Source of the DNA: a virus
IMG/VR virus record: IMGVR_UViG_3300025881_000008
Location: 40,075-104,074 of that record
Reading direction: 5' to 3' (one strand)
DNA length: 64,000 bases
Shown here: piece by piece, positions 59,814 through 64,000 of the stretch
How the letters are laid out: every line of letters starts with the position of its first letter
How positions within the stretch are numbered: position 1 is the first letter of the stretch
Program-made: the position numbers and the translations under genes
The notes under the pieces: generated by a model
The model's input: the letters and a program-made list of their open reading frames with translations, nothing else
Database searches by the model: none
Told to the model about the DNA's origin: nothing

Positions 59814-60375
59814 TATTGTAATAATTAGTAATAAATGTTTCGATTTGTTCTTTTAGTTCGTCTCTTAAATTATCTATCTGATTTTCTACGAGCGCTGCAA
59901 TTTGTGAATTTAGATCCTTTTTAGTAATATCCATTTGATCTTTAAGAAGAGCATAAACTTCTTTAGAAGGCAAGTTTACTTTAATAGGTAAATCTGCACG
60001 ATTCTTAGTGCTCATCTTCTTAAGCAATTCCATCATTACATTTATTTCTTGTAATGGTTCTGGATCTCTTCGGGGTCTAACTGGTGTTGCGTCAGTAGGT
60101 TCCACATCTCTTCGTGGTCTAACTGGTGTTGCACTAGTAGGATCGACATAAGTTGTAATTCCACCAAAATCTTTAGCAATCATATCAGCCTGATCGGCCG
60201 TGCTTGCAGGTAATAAAAACTCATTAATCAATGATCTATTACACTGAGTACCATCTGTAAAAATAACCCATTTTGGATCATTCTTATCTGGGTCAACCTT
60301 TACTACCTGACCAACCCTTTCGGATTTAATCCAAACGTAAAATTGACCTTTTTCCATTTCTTGTTGTTTAGCCAT
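59749..60375 (-). CDS. Hypothetical protein with duplicated ATPVRPRRD motif
   Basis: Likely start MAKQQE at 60375; internal duplication. Confidence 0.6.
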   Translation of the reverse strand: MAKQQEMEKGQFYVWIKSERVGQVVKVDPDKNDPKWVIFTDGTQCNRSLINEFLLPASTADQADMIAKDFGGITTYVDPTSATPVRPRRDVEPTDATPVRPRRDPEPLQEINVMMELLKKMSTKNRADLPIKVNLPSKEVYALLKDQMDITKKDLNSQIAALVENQIDNLRDELKEQIETFITNYYNNGRTSNTTTRSNTDSTESGNS

Positions 60376-60379
60376 GAAT

Positions 60380-60610
60380 TTATTTTTTAATATCTGCAAT
60401 AGCCTCATTTTTTACAAATATTGGTTTACTATTATTATATGCAACATCTGTAAAAGGTTTAATAAAAGCATCTGACTCAGTAGATCCTATAATGGCATCA
60501 GACTTTTGTAATCGCCTTAACCAGTATTCACCAAATTCCGCATCGCCAATTTCATTTAATTGTTTTTGTAGTTGTTTAACTTCAGGTAAAAATAATTTGT
60601 TAAATCCCAT
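60380..60610 (-). CDS. Hypothetical protein
   Basis: 76-aa ORF with an A-rich start context. Confidence 0.55.
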   Translation of the reverse strand: MGFNKLFLPEVKQLQKQLNEIGDAEFGEYWLRRLQKSDAIIGSTESDAFIKPFTDVAYNNSKPIFVKNEAIADIKK

Positions 60611-60616
60611 GTTTTT

Positions 60617-61468
60617 TTATTTTAAATTGTCTTTCTTTACATTTGTTGGTTTAGATCTTCTAGGCTGAGTAGTCGTCCTATTATTTGTTCTAACAGGTCT
60701 AATATTATTAGGTACATTATTGATCGGTGGTGTGACGGTTCTCATAGGTGGTCTTACATCAGATCTTCTGATAGGCGTTCTAATAGTTCTTACATTATTT
60801 GGAATTGGTGTCCTAGTTGGTCTAATATTATTCGGCAGTGTTTGAGTTCTTGTGGGTCTAGTTCTAATAACTCCAGTCGGTGTGTTGGTTCTAGTTGATC
60901 GCACTCTAGGTGAAACATTACCTCTTCTACCATTTATATTAGATCTTCTCCAATTGTATGGCACATATGTATTGTTCCATCCATAATAGTTATTCCATCC
61001 ATAATAGTTATTCCATCCATTGCCATAATAAACATTGCCCATCCAATTATTATATCCCCATATTTGATTATTCCAATAATTGTAACCTCCCCAGTTCCAG
61101 TTATATAAAGACGCTCTCATAAAACCATCACTAGGCCTACACCAATATGGATTATAAGTAAAATCAGACCAATTGTTTAAATCATGAAATCCATGAGTTC
61201 TGCAATGAATCCAATTTCCACCAAATGAAAGTCCTAAATCTTGAGGATCTAAATTTTTAAATGTGTCAAAGTTGCTTGTGAACGTTTTTACCTCAATTGG
61301 ACTGGATACATTCAACGACTGTCTTTGTGCAGCGTAATTTAATGTAGCAATTCTAAAATCTAAAGACGCACAACTACTCATAAGTAAAGCTAGTGCACCT
61401 ACAGCTAAAATCTTTAGCATTATAGTTACCTTATCCGCATTACTGAGTCTATTTAAAAATCCTTTCAT
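60617..61468 (-). CDS. Putative lipoprotein with W/N/Y-rich repeats and an R/T/P-rich tail
   Basis: Hydrophobic stretch plus lipobox LMSSC; GWNNYY 18-nt repeats at about 60974-61020. Confidence 0.65.
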   Translation of the reverse strand: MKGFLNRLSNADKVTIMLKILAVGALALLMSSCASLDFRIATLNYAAQRQSLNVSSPIEVKTFTSNFDTFKNLDPQDLGLSFGGNWIHCRTHGFHDLNNWSDFTYNPYWCRPSDGFMRASLYNWNWGGYNYWNNQIWGYNNWMGNVYYGNGWNNYYGWNNYYGWNNTYVPYNWRRSNINGRRGNVSPRVRSTRTNTPTGVIRTRPTRTQTLPNNIRPTRTPIPNNVRTIRTPIRRSDVRPPMRTVTPPINNVPNNIRPVRTNNRTTTQPRRSKPTNVKKDNLK

Positions 61469-61480
61469 AATAGTGTGGTT

Positions 61481-63211
61481 TTATTTTATAGTTTTGACCC
61501 GGTCCATAAAACTAGGAGGGAAAAATCCCTGTTTATTTATCAGACTTCTAAAACAAGCATCCAGTACGTATGTCACTGCCCAGTCATCTTTACTCCTAAC
61601 TGATCGCCCAACACCCTGCATTATAGAAATACCAGTTTTCCAATCATACCACTCATTAGACGTCTGCATTTTAGCTTTGATCAATGGATCGCCCAGTGAT
61701 GGATAGGGTACTTTAAAAAAGATTTGAAAACGACTAGTATCATCTTTTAAATCTAGTCCTTCTAATAATGAAGGTCCCATTAAGACTGCGTCCTCTTTCT
61801 TTTTAAATAATTCTAACATGTCAGCCTTTTGTTTAGAGTTCTCATAGTCCATCAATCTAAAAGTGTGTTTGCTATTAGATTTGATGTAGTTCATAAACTC
61901 ATATGATCCGCAGTGAACAATACCCCGCTGACCTTTGTGCTTACTGATAATTTGATCCATGATCTCTACCACTTTAGGCAGACTCTCTTCGCGCTCTCTG
62001 AATGAGAGCTTGTGACGATTAACAAAAACCACTGGTGATTTGTCATAGTTAAACGCATTGTCCATTCTAATAAACTTGGCGTTCTTAATACCCATGATTT
62101 TGACGAATGATATAGGATTGCCAATAGTTGCACTCATAAAGACTTTAAAATTAGCCTTTTCATGTAAGTATTTATTAATCATCAAACTCTCTTCAACACA
62201 CATAAATTTAGACTCATGTTCGTTTTGATCTAAAACCATCTTACTAACACCAACCTCTTTAATTAGGTTAATATAATCTTCAAGCTTACATTGCACGTCT
62301 TTAAGTCTATCAAAGTGACCGAATGCTGTTTGCCAATCTTTAGGCACTCCGGTATTACCGTAACGCTGTTTAGCTACTTTATTAGCAACCCTCCTAACTG
62401 TACCAAAGCTGCGCAATATTTTTTCAAATTCACTCATTGCACTAAAAACCTCATTTCTGTCACCAGTCATCATATGATTAACTAAGGATTGAATCTTATT
62501 TTTGGTATATGTTGCTTCTTGAAAACCCTGTTTACTAGCGAAACGATTAACTGTCATCATTCTATCAACTATACCAGGTTCAATGCGAGGACTAAAATGG
62601 CTTTGTACAATATCATCTATGCGGTGTGCTTCATCAAAAAAGACAAAGTCTCTTTGCTCGAATGGCACCGTTCGTTCTTCTTGTAACATTTTAGCCTCAA
62701 CATAATTTCTTTGAATTAACCAAAATGAATAATTAAGTAATGATATGGGCTGATCGATAGCCCTGCGCCTGTTTTGTAAATACTCACATGAATTATAACA
62801 AGACAATTTTTCAGCCTGTTCATATCCCATACCCTTTAACTTACAATCACCCAATGAAAATGGCAAACCATTTACCGAGCATTCATAATTATCAACACCT
62901 TTGATTGACGGCCAACGTAAGCCATACTTATAAAAGTCAGATTCATATTGATCCTGAAGGCTCAGGTCGCTAGTAATCATATAACCCCTATTACCCATCT
63001 CTTTTAAAATATGTGCGGACCACATCGCTATAAGTGACTTACCAGCACCTGTTGGTGCATCTATTACTAGAGTAGATTCCGGATCCTCTAAATATGTTTC
63101 GCAAATTTTAGTTATGATCTCTCTTTGGCCCTTTCTAAATTTAAAATCCTTTCCGAATGTATTCTTTTCTAATGCGCTATCGATAATTTGATCTAATCCG
63201 CGTTCCAACAT
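61481..63211 (-). CDS. DinG/Rad3-like SF2 helicase
   Basis: FRKGQ Q motif, APTGAGKS, a Cys cluster (possible Fe-S), DEAH, MSAT, EGLDL and QGVGRSVR..DDWA..YVLD. Confidence 0.88.
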   Translation of the reverse strand: MLERGLDQIIDSALEKNTFGKDFKFRKGQREIITKICETYLEDPESTLVIDAPTGAGKSLIAMWSAHILKEMGNRGYMITSDLSLQDQYESDFYKYGLRWPSIKGVDNYECSVNGLPFSLGDCKLKGMGYEQAEKLSCYNSCEYLQNRRRAIDQPISLLNYSFWLIQRNYVEAKMLQEERTVPFEQRDFVFFDEAHRIDDIVQSHFSPRIEPGIVDRMMTVNRFASKQGFQEATYTKNKIQSLVNHMMTGDRNEVFSAMSEFEKILRSFGTVRRVANKVAKQRYGNTGVPKDWQTAFGHFDRLKDVQCKLEDYINLIKEVGVSKMVLDQNEHESKFMCVEESLMINKYLHEKANFKVFMSATIGNPISFVKIMGIKNAKFIRMDNAFNYDKSPVVFVNRHKLSFREREESLPKVVEIMDQIISKHKGQRGIVHCGSYEFMNYIKSNSKHTFRLMDYENSKQKADMLELFKKKEDAVLMGPSLLEGLDLKDDTSRFQIFFKVPYPSLGDPLIKAKMQTSNEWYDWKTGISIMQGVGRSVRSKDDWAVTYVLDACFRSLINKQGFFPPSFMDRVKTIK

Positions 63212-63705
63212 ATAACTTGTTTTGTGATGATTCCTGCCTTTTCTAATAATTCAACGCCACTCATATCTCTATAATCTTCCGAATAATATACTTGTTTAAT
63301 GCCAGCTTGTATAATTAATTTGGCACAATCAAAGCAAGGTGCGGTTGTGGTATATAGATCTGCATCGTTTGAAGTCATTGTCGATTTTGCCAATTTAGTA
63401 ATGGCATTTGATTCGGCATGTAACACTTCGCGTTTTGTAATAGCATTTGGTTTATGACAACATCCATTGTCACATGTAAAACCCTGTTCTATTAAATCTA
63501 AAGCATGGTCTGGATTTTCATAAAATCTAGTGTCGTCTTCTTCACATGAATTATCAAACCCATGCGGTGTTCCATTGTAACCAAATGAAACTATCTGTTC
63601 GTCTTTAACAATGATACAACCCACGCGCCTGCGTTCTGCATAACTAAGCTTTGCCGTTTGATAAGCAATTTGCATATAAATTATTTCTACTGGTATTCTT
63701 GGCAT
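63193..63705 (-). CDS. dCMP deaminase
   Basis: VG..IVK, GYNGTP, HAESNAI and PCFDC. Confidence 0.93.
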   Translation of the reverse strand: MPRIPVEIIYMQIAYQTAKLSYAERRRVGCIIVKDEQIVSFGYNGTPHGFDNSCEEDDTRFYENPDHALDLIEQGFTCDNGCCHKPNAITKREVLHAESNAITKLAKSTMTSNDADLYTTTAPCFDCAKLIIQAGIKQVYYSEDYRDMSGVELLEKAGIITKQVICWNAD

Positions 63706-63716
63706 ATGTTACTTTA

Positions 63717-63761
63717 AATAAAAAAGGTCCATGTATTATACATGAACCTTTCAAAAAGTTT
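63717..63761 (-). terminator. Intrinsic terminator hairpin overlapping an AAAC-N17-TATAAT promoter
   Basis: Minus strand AAAGGTTCATGTA-TAA-TACATGGACCTTT followed by Ts; the TATAAT spans the loop. Confidence 0.65.
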
Positions 63762-63779
63762 AATTCGATGATACTTGAA

Positions 63780-63887
63780 TTATCCGTGTTTCTTAACAAT
63801 TTTTACTAATTCGTCAGTAAAAGGATTTCTAATCTCAACACCCTCATAGTCAAATGAAAATGCTTCGTAAGTTTTTAAATGTTTCAT
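63780..63887 (-). CDS. Very small protein (35 aa) with capsid-targeting-like N-terminus
   Basis: Hand translation MKHLKTYEAFSFDYEGVEIRNPFTDELVKIVKKHG. Confidence 0.5.
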   Translation of the reverse strand: MKHLKTYEAFSFDYEGVEIRNPFTDELVKIVKKHG

Positions 63888-63899
63888 TATTTAATATGT

Positions 63900-64000
63900 T
63901 TATTTAGAAGTCCAAGCCTCTTTTAATTCGTCTATTTTCTTGTTGTAAGATTCTTTCATATTATTAAGACAAGCCTCATACATTTCAACTGTAAGTTCTT
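63900..64000 (-). CDS. 3' end of a CDS entering from the right edge
   Basis: ...EMYEACLNNMKESYNKKIDELKEAWTSK followed by a stop. Confidence 0.55.
   Translation of the reverse strand, partial: ELTVEMYEACLNNMKESYNKKIDELKEAWTSK

Noticed and set aside
2711-62686. Numerous plus-strand ORFs and short alternative-frame minus ORFs in the ORF track
   Set aside because: Almost all lie inside longer minus-strand genes with recognisable motifs and read as antisense or frame shadows (Ser/Leu/Phe-rich, no motifs).
1-64000. Genome-wide stop-codon reassignment (TAG or TGA)
   Set aside because: Long genes are intact in the standard code at high coding density, and TAG ends genes at plausible boundaries (6199, 16809, 58067).
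1-64000. tRNA/rRNA genes, integrase, transposase or diversity-generating retroelement
   Set aside because: Intergenic gaps are short and AT-rich, and I saw no cloverleaf, RT or recombinase motifs by eye. tRNAscan/Infernal would be needed to exclude small RNAs.

Overview
This 64 kb window is a segment of a large, AT-rich, T4-like (contractile-tailed) dsDNA phage genome, with essentially every gene on the minus strand. The host is probably a Bacteroidota/Flavobacteriia bacterium: there are no Shine-Dalgarno motifs, start contexts are A-rich, and the bS1 N-terminus, BACON domain and LOG look Bacteroidetes-type. Left to right the window holds: (1) the 5' part of a family-B DNA polymerase and a dimeric dUTPase/dCTPase; (2) a compact operon that looks like an undescribed DNA base hypermodification pathway (DUF6378, a T4 beta-glucosyltransferase-N-domain/SGNH fusion, a 5-hmdU-DNA-kinase-like helical protein, LOG and a fold-II PLP enzyme); (3) a block of probable head-packaged proteins sharing a T4-like capsid-targeting motif, including an RNA-ligase-fold protein and an HxGH nucleotidyltransferase; (4) UvsW, UvsY, primase, gp32 and a RuvC-like resolvase around a divergent promoter pair; (5) a roughly 38 kb tail/baseplate module containing a Hint-domain fibre, a spanin-like protein, an amidoligase and a 4-domain ribosomal protein S1 homolog; (6) small hypotheticals, a lipoprotein, a DinG-like helicase and dCMP deaminase. 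Two recurring promoter-like motifs (GATA[T/C/A]ATA and AAAC-N17-TATAA) split largely between structural and replication genes. All family assignments come from motif recognition by eye; no database searches were run.
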